Shown piece after piece: positions 21,362 to 31,271 of a stretch of 64,000 nucleotides of DNA. Location: the IMG/VR virus record IMGVR_UViG_3300021400_004213. The stretch is one strand, 5' to 3'. Position 1 is the stretch's first letter; each line of letters opens with the position of its first letter. The position numbers and the translations under genes were made by a program. Source of the stretch: an uncultured virus (IMG/VR IMGVR_UViG_3300021400_004213) (lineage: Duplodnaviria; Heunggongvirae; Uroviricota; Caudoviricetes). The notes under the pieces are model-generated. The model saw nothing but the letters and a program-made list of their open reading frames with translations, searched no databases and was not told where the DNA came from.

Positions 21362-21595
21362 ATGCTCGCATTGATCTACATGGCCTTATGGCTAATTGGA
21401 ATTTATCACGCTGTTGCCTTCCTGGGCCTTGGTGTGATCTCTAAATTCCTTATTTTTTCCAGATTTGGTCTTTTCCGTATCATCATGCGACCGAAAGAAA
21501 CTGGAAAAAGCGCTGCTAAAATGCTGCGCAATACACTTCGGCACGGAATAATTGCTACACTCTGTGTCATTGGCATCATTTTATTGAACATCTGA
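21362..21595 (+). CDS. Small membrane protein
   Basis: AAGGAGG RBS; two hydrophobic segments. Confidence 0.65.
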   Translation: MLALIYMALWLIGIYHAVAFLGLGVISKFLIFSRFGLFRIIMRPKETGKSAAKMLRNTLRHGIIATLCVIGIILLNI

Positions 21596-21607
21596 GAGGA
21601 GAACATC

Positions 21608-21868
21608 ATGGCTAACAAATATCTCACCGAAAAAAGAGTAGAGCGTCTGACCGCTCTGTGCGGCAAATACATCGTCATTGCCGACAACAGCAGGCAGGAA
21701 GGCGAATGCCTCTACCTGCAGGACGAAACGCTCGTCCGCCCTACTGACGCTAAGGTCAGCGTCTGGACCAGATTTCTGGTCAATGCCAAAGGCTTCGAGA
21801 CCGCTGACGAAGCCAAGGCTGCAGCAGCTAAGTTCCGCTACGGACACCCGCGCATTGCGCAGGTTTAA
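21608..21868 (+). CDS. Hypothetical protein
   Basis: GAGGAG RBS; bidirectional terminator at 21925-21955. Confidence 0.7.
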   Translation: MANKYLTEKRVERLTALCGKYIVIADNSRQEGECLYLQDETLVRPTDAKVSVWTRFLVNAKGFETADEAKAAAAKFRYGHPRIAQV

Positions 21869-21962
21869 TCAGCGTTTAACGCCCGCCTTTACAGGTGGGC
21901 TATAATTTTTTTTTACTATAACAAAAAGCACCCATGACGGGTGCTTCTTTTTTATACAGGAT

Positions 21963-22745
21963 TTAATCCAAGATGCAATCTGTGGTAAATCCTGAAATGT
22001 ATGGGTCGATATATGTTCGCTTGTCAGGAACTCGCCTCAAAGTCCAACATTCCAAAGGAATATCTGCCGCTTTACACAGTTCTACGCCCTGTGCAGACAC
22101 AGAACCTGTGTCAATGAAAACTTCATTTTCTTTCGTTTTCAATAACTCAGCGGCAGATATAACATCACGACCCACACTGCTCGAAATCAGACCGAGTCGT
22201 GCTGTCGGATTATATTTGCTTATCCACCGCAAATATTGAAAATCATAAGAAATCCATGTCGTATCGTCGGATAAACCCGCCGATGAAATCATATCGACAA
22301 GGATTTTCATTTGTTCTTTCGTATACGAAGAATAATTCTTAATATCGACATATGGCGATAATTTGTGATCAGCACAAAACGCCACAAAGTCTTCAAACAA
22401 CAATATTTTGCTACCACTAAAACTTATTGATTGAATTTCACGAAGTGTCAACTCTTCGACAAAGCCTTGACCATCGCTAATGTCATCCACTTTGACATCA
22501 TGAATGCAAATCGGAATATTATCCTTCGTAAAACGAACATCTGTCTCGACATATTCAAATCCAGCATTTGCTGCGTTTTCATATGCCAATAAACTATTAT
22601 CTGGTGCGTCGTACCCACGATGCGCAATTACGCGAACATTCGAAAAATCATGTGCCTGACTCGGCAACAGCGCAATCACGAACAATAAACCAGCTAAAAA
22701 AAGCAAAATGCCAATGCTGATTAGAAATCTTGTACGTTTATTCAA
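21963..22745 (-). CDS. Membrane-anchored glycerophosphodiester phosphodiesterase
   Basis: IAHRG, 'ETDVRFTKD', 'HD' and terminal 'GFTTD' motifs; N-terminal TM segment. Confidence 0.88.
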   Translation of the reverse strand: MNKRTRFLISIGILLFLAGLLFVIALLPSQAHDFSNVRVIAHRGYDAPDNSLLAYENAANAGFEYVETDVRFTKDNIPICIHDVKVDDISDGQGFVEELTLREIQSISFSGSKILLFEDFVAFCADHKLSPYVDIKNYSSYTKEQMKILVDMISSAGLSDDTTWISYDFQYLRWISKYNPTARLGLISSSVGRDVISAAELLKTKENEVFIDTGSVSAQGVELCKAADIPLECWTLRRVPDKRTYIDPYISGFTTDCILD

Positions 22746-22767
22746 AACAATTCTCCTACTATTCCAT

Positions 22768-23715
22768 TCACTTCAATTCGTCCATGATAAAATATCGGGG
22801 ACGATTCTTTGACTCGATATATGTCTTTCCGACATATATCCCCACAATACCCAAAGCAATCAGCAAGAAACCTGCCAAAAGCCATATGGATAATAATATC
22901 CAATGACTAATACTGACGGTATGTCCAATGATTGCCAAAACAATCATCGCAATACCAACACCAAGCCCCACAAGGCAGGACAGACCGCCAAGTATCATAA
23001 TCCAAAACAACGGTTTTATGGAAAATGAAGTAATACCATCTATCGCAAGCGATAACATTTTCCATAAACCATATTTGCTTTCGCCAGCATCTCTTTCTTT
23101 GCGACTAAAATAAACATAATCTATGTTGTATCCCAAATTGGGAATCAGTCCACGCAAAAAGAGGTTCGTTTCTTTATATTGCAAACAACTCATCAAAGCA
23201 CGCTTTGATAATAAACGATAATCAGCATGGTCATAAATGGTTGGGGCGCCACAAAATTCCATAAATTTGTAAAATGCGTGTGCTGTAAATCGCTTCAAAA
23301 ACGTATCGGTCTTACGATCCGAACGTACACCACACACGATATCGGCACCACCAACAAACTTTTCGACCATTACATCGATGGCATCAATATCATCTTGCAA
23401 ATCACAATCTAATGATATGATTGCATCAGCGTAAGATGCTGCATGTTCCATACCAGCCCACAACGCTGTTTGATGCCCTCGATTGTGGCTGAGTCGAATT
23501 GCTTTCATGTTCGAATAGGTCGAACATAATGTTTCCATAACTCCCCATGTGTTATCTGTCGAACCATCATCGACCAGTAACACATATGATGCAGAATGAA
23601 CTCGATCTGTACTAATCAAAGTGTTCAATTTTTGTACCAAAATTGGACCAGAAATAGGCAGCATCTCTTGTTCATTATAGCAAGGAATTACCAAGCTTAA
23701 AATCGGTTTATTCAT
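22768..23715 (-). CDS. GT2 polyprenol-phosphate glycosyltransferase (GtrB/YkoT-like)
   Basis: VIPCYNE, VDDGSTD, DCDLQD, DYRLLS and R..GESKY motifs; two C-terminal TM segments. Confidence 0.9.
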   Translation of the reverse strand: MNKPILSLVIPCYNEQEMLPISGPILVQKLNTLISTDRVHSASYVLLVDDGSTDNTWGVMETLCSTYSNMKAIRLSHNRGHQTALWAGMEHAASYADAIISLDCDLQDDIDAIDVMVEKFVGGADIVCGVRSDRKTDTFLKRFTAHAFYKFMEFCGAPTIYDHADYRLLSKRALMSCLQYKETNLFLRGLIPNLGYNIDYVYFSRKERDAGESKYGLWKMLSLAIDGITSFSIKPLFWIMILGGLSCLVGLGVGIAMIVLAIIGHTVSISHWILLSIWLLAGFLLIALGIVGIYVGKTYIESKNRPRYFIMDELK

Positions 23716-23716
23716 G

Positions 23717-24400
23717 TTAAGCCTCCTTATGACACATCACCATATATTGTGCCCCTAAAGGGATTTTTCTTAACAGTACATCCGTAAAACGCATGAACCG
23801 TAATTGCTTGGGCCAGAAAATAATATAACGACTTTCAACCTTAGGAAAGACCAAAGATGTGAGTTGCTTGCTTTCCTTCACAGAAAGCATCACAGCATCC
23901 TTGTCCATTGGACAAGCATCAACCGAGCGTTTCGTTAAAAAATTCAGCATGTTATGCTCAATAATAATCAACACGCCACCAGGCTTCACTCGATGAGCTG
24001 CATCTAACATCACATCAGATCTTTCATCCAATGTTACATGATGTAACATCGTAATTAATAAAACAACATCATAATCTGCATCTAAATCATCACGATTTGA
24101 TACAAAACGATTATGGTCGTGTAATAATGTCAGAGAAACATTTGCAATCGAATCCTTCGAAATATCATATCCATGAATTACCATGTTCGGATATACATCT
24201 TGAATTGCTTGCGATAAACATCCGATTCCACAACCATAATCTAACAGCTTATGACATTGTTTTAAATAAGGTCTTAAGTAGAATAATTTATACTGCTCGA
24301 AATAAGCATGATCACTTCCTGGAAGAATCATACCTTTTTCTAACATTTTATCGTAATTGCTGGCATATGAATCAAATTCAGCATTATCATTCAACGGCAT
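23717..24400 (-). CDS. Class I SAM-dependent methyltransferase
   Basis: LDYGCGIG, GYDIS, LHH and KPGG motifs. Confidence 0.88.
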   Translation of the reverse strand: MPLNDNAEFDSYASNYDKMLEKGMILPGSDHAYFEQYKLFYLRPYLKQCHKLLDYGCGIGCLSQAIQDVYPNMVIHGYDISKDSIANVSLTLLHDHNRFVSNRDDLDADYDVVLLITMLHHVTLDERSDVMLDAAHRVKPGGVLIIIEHNMLNFLTKRSVDACPMDKDAVMLSVKESKQLTSLVFPKVESRYIIFWPKQLRFMRFTDVLLRKIPLGAQYMVMCHKEA

Positions 24401-24423
24401 ACATAGAACGCCCCCTTTATGAA

Positions 24424-25938
24424 TTATTTCAGTCGGAATAAAATAATGTCATCACCCGTGGAAAGGGTGGTAGACTCCACTACATCATATTTCGATGATA
24501 ATATCTCGCCATAAAGAGAACTTTCCACAGGATAAATGCCTTGCCCGATTGAATAATCAGTCCATTCAGAGTATAACACATAATCAGGCAGATTTGAACA
24601 AAAATCAGCATAAATCTTCTGCTTTTCTTCGGGACTGATATCAGCAACAACAAGCTGATACAAAAAATATTTGTTATTTGGCAAATGATCGTATTGCAAA
24701 TACAACTTGTTCTGTCGAGGTTCATTTATCGTTAAAACACTGGCTTCTTTTGGAATCTCATCAAAATACGAATCACATATCGCTGTTACCTCAGGATTCT
24801 CCGTTAATGATGGATCCATACAAAATGATAACCAAGCCAATGAATCGCTGATTGATAATAACAAAATCAGCCCCAAGACAAGAACACTCGACATATGTTC
24901 TTTGCAATATACACATAATTCAACCCATATTAAGAAAAATATGGGTATGAAAATGGAAAAATAATGTACATATCGTGCTGTTCCAAAGAACACATATAAA
25001 AATCCAGCAAAGCATGGTACGATAATGAAGAAAAGCATCCGAAATGCTTTATTCTTCCAATATTGATAGCCAAGAACAAAAGATCCTATCGACAATGTCG
25101 AAAAAGCTGTGATTGCAGCTAATAACATATCTAACGAAATATCAGAACGATCGGACATTGACGAAGCCACATACCGAAAATTATAAATCAATGTGGCATA
25201 CCACATATCAGACAATAAGCCATGCGTCCAAAAATAAATGCTAAATGGCACAATAGGAGTAGCGATACCACCAATACCAGCTAAAAGCGTAAAACCAATA
25301 TTTTTCCATTGTTTCTGGCTTAATAAATAACAGCCAACAGCAAATGTACAAAATATCAAATAAATGGCATTGGATGGTCTGCTCATAATACAAATACCAA
25401 TCGCTAAGCCTAAAACATAGCCATATAATGGCTTAAAGGTTTGATCATTTGAAAGAGCAAATGCATAAATGCAATATGTGGCTGCAGCTAAATAAGGCAA
25501 ACACCATTCTGATTGAGTGTTACCTGCATACCACGTACCGAGACCAAAAATCAAAATGCTCATTGATGTCCAAAACAGACTAGCTTTATTCGACAATCGT
25601 AGAGCAACAATTTTATAAAAAAAATAGAACGTCACAAACAGATTTATAATCTCTAACGCCCATAACACCGTCTTACCACCTAACGCGTAAGCCAGCATAT
25701 TAATAAAAAAAACATAAGGTCCTTTACTATCCCATAAATCCCGATAGGGAAGAAGACCATTTGCCCAACCTTTACCTATAATCTCAAATTGAGAGGCATC
25801 ATGACAATAATGTGGTCCAAAAATCGGAGATGATACTCCAGAGACAATTGAAATTGTCACAAATGATGCCAAAAATAATATCAAAATAACATATAAAGAT
25901 ATGCGTTTATCATCGCATACTGTCGTTTTCGCCATCAT
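24424..25938 (-). CDS. Multi-TM GT-C-fold glycosyltransferase (ArnT/PMT-like)
   Basis: 'D..QF..IG..W..G.LPYRDLWDSKGP' loop and about 10 or more TM segments. Confidence 0.75.
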   Translation of the reverse strand: MMAKTTVCDDKRISLYVILILFLASFVTISIVSGVSSPIFGPHYCHDASQFEIIGKGWANGLLPYRDLWDSKGPYVFFINMLAYALGGKTVLWALEIINLFVTFYFFYKIVALRLSNKASLFWTSMSILIFGLGTWYAGNTQSEWCLPYLAAATYCIYAFALSNDQTFKPLYGYVLGLAIGICIMSRPSNAIYLIFCTFAVGCYLLSQKQWKNIGFTLLAGIGGIATPIVPFSIYFWTHGLLSDMWYATLIYNFRYVASSMSDRSDISLDMLLAAITAFSTLSIGSFVLGYQYWKNKAFRMLFFIIVPCFAGFLYVFFGTARYVHYFSIFIPIFFLIWVELCVYCKEHMSSVLVLGLILLLSISDSLAWLSFCMDPSLTENPEVTAICDSYFDEIPKEASVLTINEPRQNKLYLQYDHLPNNKYFLYQLVVADISPEEKQKIYADFCSNLPDYVLYSEWTDYSIGQGIYPVESSLYGEILSSKYDVVESTTLSTGDDIILFRLK

Positions 25939-26335
25939 CTAACCTCCAATTCTACTCATTTATGAACATAATAATACAGAATCATTAAAAAATCAACCTA
26001 AAAACAACAAAAGAAATAGTGAGAATGCCGACCTACGAGATAGGTCGGCTCTTTCTTCCAGTCTAAATTTACACAACATACAAGGAGGGATTGTCAAAAG
26101 ACAATTATCGTGCTATAGTAATAGCACGAGAAAGACTGATAAGTGTGAGAAAAAGTACTGCAACCTGAACTGTACGGACATCGCAACCTATAACACCCCC
26201 ATCAGACGAGATAAAAAATGAAACAGAGTGAGAGGTACACAACCTCAACGGTTCTGTTCGATATAGAGTGAAAATCATTCGATTTCCTATTGATAATAAA
26301 TAATAAATAATAAAAAGAAAGGACGGTGAACTCAG

Positions 26336-26548
26336 ATGATTATACTCTTCGTAATTTCCTTTGGAGCTGGCATCATTATGATGTTCACTGGCTTTGTTCG
26401 CTCCGCAACAGTACACAGCGGTGTACTTAATCACTTTGATAATAGCAAAATGGCTCACAAAGTCAGAAAGATTCGCCTTAGAAGGCACTGGCTTATCACC
26501 CTTGCCTTATTCGCAATTGCGATCTACGCAGGCTTGAATCTCTATTAA
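26336..26548 (+). CDS. Small two-TM membrane protein
   Basis: Hydrophobic ends; terminator downstream. Confidence 0.55.
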   Translation: MIILFVISFGAGIIMMFTGFVRSATVHSGVLNHFDNSKMAHKVRKIRLRRHWLITLALFAIAIYAGLNLY

Positions 26549-26812
26549 GCTCATAACATTCGCTCTTCCAACAAAGGAGGAGCGAATTTTTTTTATCAAA
26601 AGAAAACAAACATATACGCCTTAACAACATCACCATCCTTCAAAAAAATAGTTAAAACTATACACTAAAACAAAAACACTGTCGATTCTCTTTATTTCAG
26701 AATATCATTGACTACCACTAAGAAATAAACCAGATAATATGTATGAAAAAATACGGGAGTTAATATGTTCCAACATGGAACCACATAAAACAAAAGGAGA
26801 TTATAATAAGTC

Positions 26813-27046
26813 ATGACAACTCTCAAGAAAATTGGAAATTACCTGCTCGCTGGACTCTACCTGCTCGTCGTCGTTCTCTTCTTCCTGATTAAAAACCTCG
26901 CCGTTGGCATCGTCAAAGCCGTTATTAAAGCGGTCAAAACGACCAAGACTCAGGTTCTGGCAACACTTCAGAAGAAGCGCGACTCAGTCGAAGATACAGA
27001 AACCATTCCTGCTATCATCAAAGACGTCGTGCAGCCTACTGCCTAA
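26813..27046 (+). CDS. Small membrane protein
   Basis: AAGGAG RBS, TM segment, terminator at 27062-27097. Confidence 0.65.
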   Translation: MTTLKKIGNYLLAGLYLLVVVLFFLIKNLAVGIVKAVIKAVKTTKTQVLATLQKKRDSVEDTETIPAIIKDVVQPTA

Positions 27047-27573
27047 TGTCCTTTCCTATCAAGTAGCACGTCAATAAGGCGTGCTACTTCTTTTTTTCAT
27101 ATTCAAAAACCCTCTATGAACACCAAAAAATACTCTAAATCCATCATTTTCTATTTTGCGATAAAATACGGATTGAATACGGCCCAAACAGTTTGTTTCC
27201 TTCAGTACTTCGAAACAACTGAATTTTACATTTTCCAATTCATCTTTTTAAAAATAATGGCGCCTTATTTTTTGCTTGTTCAGTTTCTTATAACAAAACG
27301 GTTCAACATTTCTTTTCGAACCTCACCACCAGCGCGTACCGCCTAATACTTGCAGTATAAGAACAAAGTTCAAAAGTGCAGTTAAAACCTGCTACGGGTG
27401 AAATTCCGAAAAATGTCAATGCAGAACAAAGAGGAGAATAAAAATGACTATGAAAAACGGAAAGATCATCATCACATTAGAAGATAGACGGAAAGCTCTG
27501 GAAGCTGCTCGTTCCTGATACAACAAATAAAACAAAAGTCCTCTCGCCCAAAGAACGGGAGGACATCTTTTTT

Positions 27574-28035
27574 TTATTCACCAAACTGCGAGCCTTTATC
27601 AGCTCCATCAACAATACCTGAAATATCAGGCAAAGCTCTTGTCGACCGATTTTCCTTGTCAACAAACTCTACAGCATTGGTTTTACTACGAGACACATTA
27701 GATTTCTTTTCCATTTTATCTTCGATGGAATTTTCTGATTTTGACGCCTGCTGACTCAAATTCTGAATACCAGCTTGTGTTGTCTTACGAACCTCGTCTA
27801 TCTTAGCTGAAACCAATCCACCCAAGACATGTGGAGGCATGACATCGGGACGGTCCGTTGTATGTCCAGCACCATGATCCATCATTTCCAATGTTTTCTT
27901 CAAATCAAAATTATGATCCTCGACAGCATTCCGTTTCTGCTTAATCTCGTTTCCCTTATCACCAGCTAAAGACATAGCATCTTGATGAATCATACTTCTA
28001 GCTTCTTCTCGAAGTTCCTGTGGTGTTTTCGCCAT
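27574..28035 (-). CDS. Hypothetical protein
   Basis: AGGAGG RBS before MAKTPQ; terminator at about 27537-27575. Confidence 0.7.
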   Translation of the reverse strand: MAKTPQELREEARSMIHQDAMSLAGDKGNEIKQKRNAVEDHNFDLKKTLEMMDHGAGHTTDRPDVMPPHVLGGLVSAKIDEVRKTTQAGIQNLSQQASKSENSIEDKMEKKSNVSRSKTNAVEFVDKENRSTRALPDISGIVDGADKGSQFGE

Positions 28036-28357
28036 AATCAACATCCTCCTTCTTTTCATCTATCAAACAGTGCAACTTTATCAGCACTATCTCAGAAATA
28101 AATGAGCTTTATGTGTCATAATTCTTATCACTAATAGCATATCATTAAATCTTTAGAACGCAAGATATTATATTTTCATAATAATGCCACACATAGATGA
28201 GAAACTCATCAATTATTCTTACTCGCCAGATTCATAAATGAACAAAAAATAAAACAAAAGAATGTGATTTCATCACATTTTGCGGGTGTCTTTATGAAAC
28301 CCATCAATACACCGATGAGAATCGCAATATCGTCATCCATAGGAAAGGAGACTTATT

Positions 28358-28573
28358 ATGACTAACAATAACTACTTCGATTCTTTCGACTGCCAGGTTC
28401 AGTGCGAAGAACTCTACAACGAAGAAGACTTCGAAATGGAACAGCTTCAGGCTGACTTCGCTAAATGGCAGGACGAACATCCTGACCTCGCGGCAGCCCT
28501 CGATGCTGAGGACTACTGGGACGCGTTCTTCAAATGGGACGCTCAGTACAACCAGCAGCAGTCAAACCAGTAA
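28358..28573 (+). CDS. Small highly acidic protein
   Basis: AAGGAG RBS; 18 D/E in 71 aa. Confidence 0.75.
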   Translation: MTNNNYFDSFDCQVQCEELYNEEDFEMEQLQADFAKWQDEHPDLAAALDAEDYWDAFFKWDAQYNQQQSNQ

Positions 28574-28651
28574 TATAACTAAATAGAGCTTAAGGCACAG
28601 CCCATAGGCTGTGCCTATGTTCGTTTCACACGAAATAGAAAGGAGACCTTT

Positions 28652-28981
28652 ATGACCATTTCGTTTGAATGCATCACAAACACTGACATGCCGTGGATTA
28701 ACACAGCAACTTTCTTCACCAACAGGGGTGAACTCATCATCGACAGAGATAGTACAGAATACACGTACAATCCCATTACAGGCAAACTGTCGATGGACTG
28801 GAAAAACGTTTATATCTGGGACGGACATGAACCCAACTATAACATTCCAGACGAATTCTTCGAACAGCCCATTCTCAAAAAGCTGGAAGTCGAAGACGAC
28901 GCTCCTGTAGGCTACGAAATCAAATGTATCCACTGTTATATTGACGGGACAGAAATACCCTCAATAGCTTTATACGATTAA
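28652..28981 (+). CDS. Hypothetical protein
   Basis: AAGGAG RBS. Confidence 0.7.
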   Translation: MTISFECITNTDMPWINTATFFTNRGELIIDRDSTEYTYNPITGKLSMDWKNVYIWDGHEPNYNIPDEFFEQPILKKLEVEDDAPVGYEIKCIHCYIDGTEIPSIALYD

Positions 28982-29090
28982 ATAACTTACAGAACAGAAT
29001 GCTGTGCTAGAAGAATAGCGCAGCATCTTTTTTACGGGAGAGATAAAGTCACGTACTGCTCACCGAACCCAAGAAAGGAATGTGAATATC

Positions 29091-29549
29091 ATGAATAAGG
29101 TGACCACAGAATATGAAGACAATCTGCTCAACATCAAGAACCTCATCATTCAACTCGTGATCTTTATCGCCAGTACAATCACTATCATCAACTTAATGAA
29201 CGCATCATTCGATATCGTGAATTATCACGATCAGTTTACGACAATGTTGATGATACTCGCTGTGATAGGAATGGCATTTGTAGTACGTTCTATTACATCT
29301 GCCAATATTATAGCCTACGCAGTATTCGGAATTCTCAGCTCACTTCTGACAGTCATACTTTCAATTATGGTGCATTTCATCATCCTGTATCACACTTTCA
29401 GCATAGAAATTCCGTTTGCAATCTTCGGAACATTCGTCCTGATTATATGTATACCAATAAATGCACTTATTGGATATGTTGTTGCCGAGCAATTCGATCT
29501 CAAAATTATCAAGGATAATTACAAGCTCGATTATTACTCACACATATAA
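29091..29549 (+). CDS. Four-TM membrane protein
   Basis: Four hydrophobic segments. Confidence 0.65.
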   Translation: MNKVTTEYEDNLLNIKNLIIQLVIFIASTITIINLMNASFDIVNYHDQFTTMLMILAVIGMAFVVRSITSANIIAYAVFGILSSLLTVILSIMVHFIILYHTFSIEIPFAIFGTFVLIICIPINALIGYVVAEQFDLKIIKDNYKLDYYSHI

Positions 29550-29568
29550 ACGAAAGGAAAGATAACTC

Positions 29569-29979
29569 ATGGGACAGTGTTACTCTGTCGAAGCTCGCTT
29601 CAATTTCAAGAACAATGATCCATCATCTTTTTGCCAGATCATCAAAGATGAGATTGCCGATAGAAACGGTAAATCTGCTATCTTTGACCTCGATAGAGGT
29701 GATTTGAACGACCCGTTTGGTTGCTTCAAAATTATGACTGCAAAAGATGCCGTGCAGAGCACGGACGGAACATGGTATGCCGATTTCAGCGGATCCTACG
29801 GCTGGGAATCTGTCATGATTGAAATCTTCCAGCACGCCGCTAAAGAACTGGACGATGGTTCTGTCATCACCATCTATCCAGATTATGATTCCACAGAAAT
29901 CGCAGTCAAAAACGGAAAAGTCGTTACGTCCTATATCGAATCAAAAGAGAACGAAGAAGACGAGGACGACGAAGAATGA
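29569..29979 (+). CDS. Phage-type hypothetical protein
   Basis: RBS; acidic tail. Confidence 0.7.
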   Translation: MGQCYSVEARFNFKNNDPSSFCQIIKDEIADRNGKSAIFDLDRGDLNDPFGCFKIMTAKDAVQSTDGTWYADFSGSYGWESVMIEIFQHAAKELDDGSVITIYPDYDSTEIAVKNGKVVTSYIESKENEEDEDDEE

Positions 29980-30023
29980 TGAAATAGCACTCATCAACAA
30001 TGTCGTTCAGTTAAGGAGAGAAT

Positions 30024-30308
30024 ATGACAAACTCAGAAGTATTTAAAGAATATAACACTGAACAATGGGTAATAGAACAGAACTTATGCTTTCTGTTACA
30101 GACCTATTGGGAAGAACATGGCAAAAAGGCGATTGAACAAGCCAAAAACGGATACATCACCCGTGATATGCCTTGCAATCCCGTAAGTTTCGTCAAAAAA
30201 TTCATGAAAGCCGAAACTCTGTGTGATGTAGAATACGCAGAAAAATCAAAAATCTCCACTATCGAAAACAACATAATAGAAGATGCAGATTTTATAGAAT
30301 TACCTTAA
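30024..30308 (+). CDS. Hypothetical protein
   Basis: AAGGAG RBS; terminator at 30320-30353. Confidence 0.65.
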   Translation: MTNSEVFKEYNTEQWVIEQNLCFLLQTYWEEHGKKAIEQAKNGYITRDMPCNPVSFVKKFMKAETLCDVEYAEKSKISTIENNIIEDADFIELP

Positions 30309-30414
30309 CTTAATAACATGGCACTCATCGAAACGATGGGTGCCTCTTTTTTTACTAACCTAACTCCAACCTCTACCCTAACCAAACAAAACCTCAAAAA
30401 AATAAATAAGTAGC

Positions 30415-30658
30415 GGGGTAAGTATAATAGTCTTTGCAGCCTTCTGGCCGTCAGCCATACAGGCTTCCAAGCTGGCAGGCGCCTTGTCCCTTAGAACAAC
30501 CTCGCTCAGCGGGTTGTTTAGGGAACTTGATATTACCTGGGCTTCTCCTTACAAAACATAACTCTCTCTTTCTCCCCACACCGAAGCCCAACTCACTGTC
30601 CGTGTTCTTAGATATATATAGTTACACCACATCCGTGGCGGACTATCATACTCACCCC
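30415..30658 (-). ncRNA. Putative ~245-nt multibranched structured RNA or ssDNA element
   Basis: 18-bp closing stem whose two mismatches are G.U/G.T on the minus strand; several internal hairpins. Confidence 0.45.
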
Positions 30659-30958
30659 TTCTTATAAAACAAAAATAGAAGAGTTCGACATACCGTAGCT
30701 AACCCTTTACACATTTACTTTCCCTCAAATATTACCTAAAAAGGGAGCGCTCCTTACGTCGCTTTCGGGAGTAATCATGATAAAGTGGTAGTCTAAAGCG
30801 GGATGACAACCCGAAGGTACCGTCCGTATAAGAAATCGTCAATCTTATACAATCGGTAAGGGGACACCGTAACCACTCAAGCCCCTATAATCGAAACCTC
30901 ATCAGAAGATGGGGTTTCGTTTTTTCAGAACATAAAAAAATCTTGTAAAAAACAATTC

Positions 30959-31033
30959 GTTTGTGAGCTAAAGCTCACTGGAGCGCATGCGTTGCATGCT
31001 TGCCGAGTGTTATTACGAAGAAAAAAGTTCTTC
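30959..31033 (+). promoter_or_regulatory. Conserved structured leader, motif A copy 2
   Basis: Counterpart of 20808-20884 with compensatory stem changes. Confidence 0.6.
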
Positions 31034-31073
31034 AAAAATAATAAATAACTGCAAAGCAGAAAAGGAGATAAAC

Positions 31074-31271
31074 ATGAATAACTACGCTCGCAATTACAAA
31101 GTCGCAACTCAGAAGGCCGCTACCGTATGCAACGTCGCCGTTGAAGACGTTCGTGCAAACTATCGCAAGGTCAATGATGCTCCGAAGGGCATCAAGCGTG
31201 CTTGCATCCTCGCTCACCGCATCATGAAGGGCTATGACAAGGCCCCTGCGGTTGAGACCGTCGAACAGTAA
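31074..31271 (+). CDS. Small protein, paralog of 20928-21128
   Basis: AAGGAG RBS before MNNYARN; terminator downstream. Confidence 0.75.
   Translation: MNNYARNYKVATQKAATVCNVAVEDVRANYRKVNDAPKGIKRACILAHRIMKGYDKAPAVETVEQ

Noticed and set aside
27444..27518. 24-aa ORF MTMKNGKIIITLEDRRKALEAARS with GAGGAG RBS
   Set aside because: Plausible but too short to support without conservation or Ribo-seq data.
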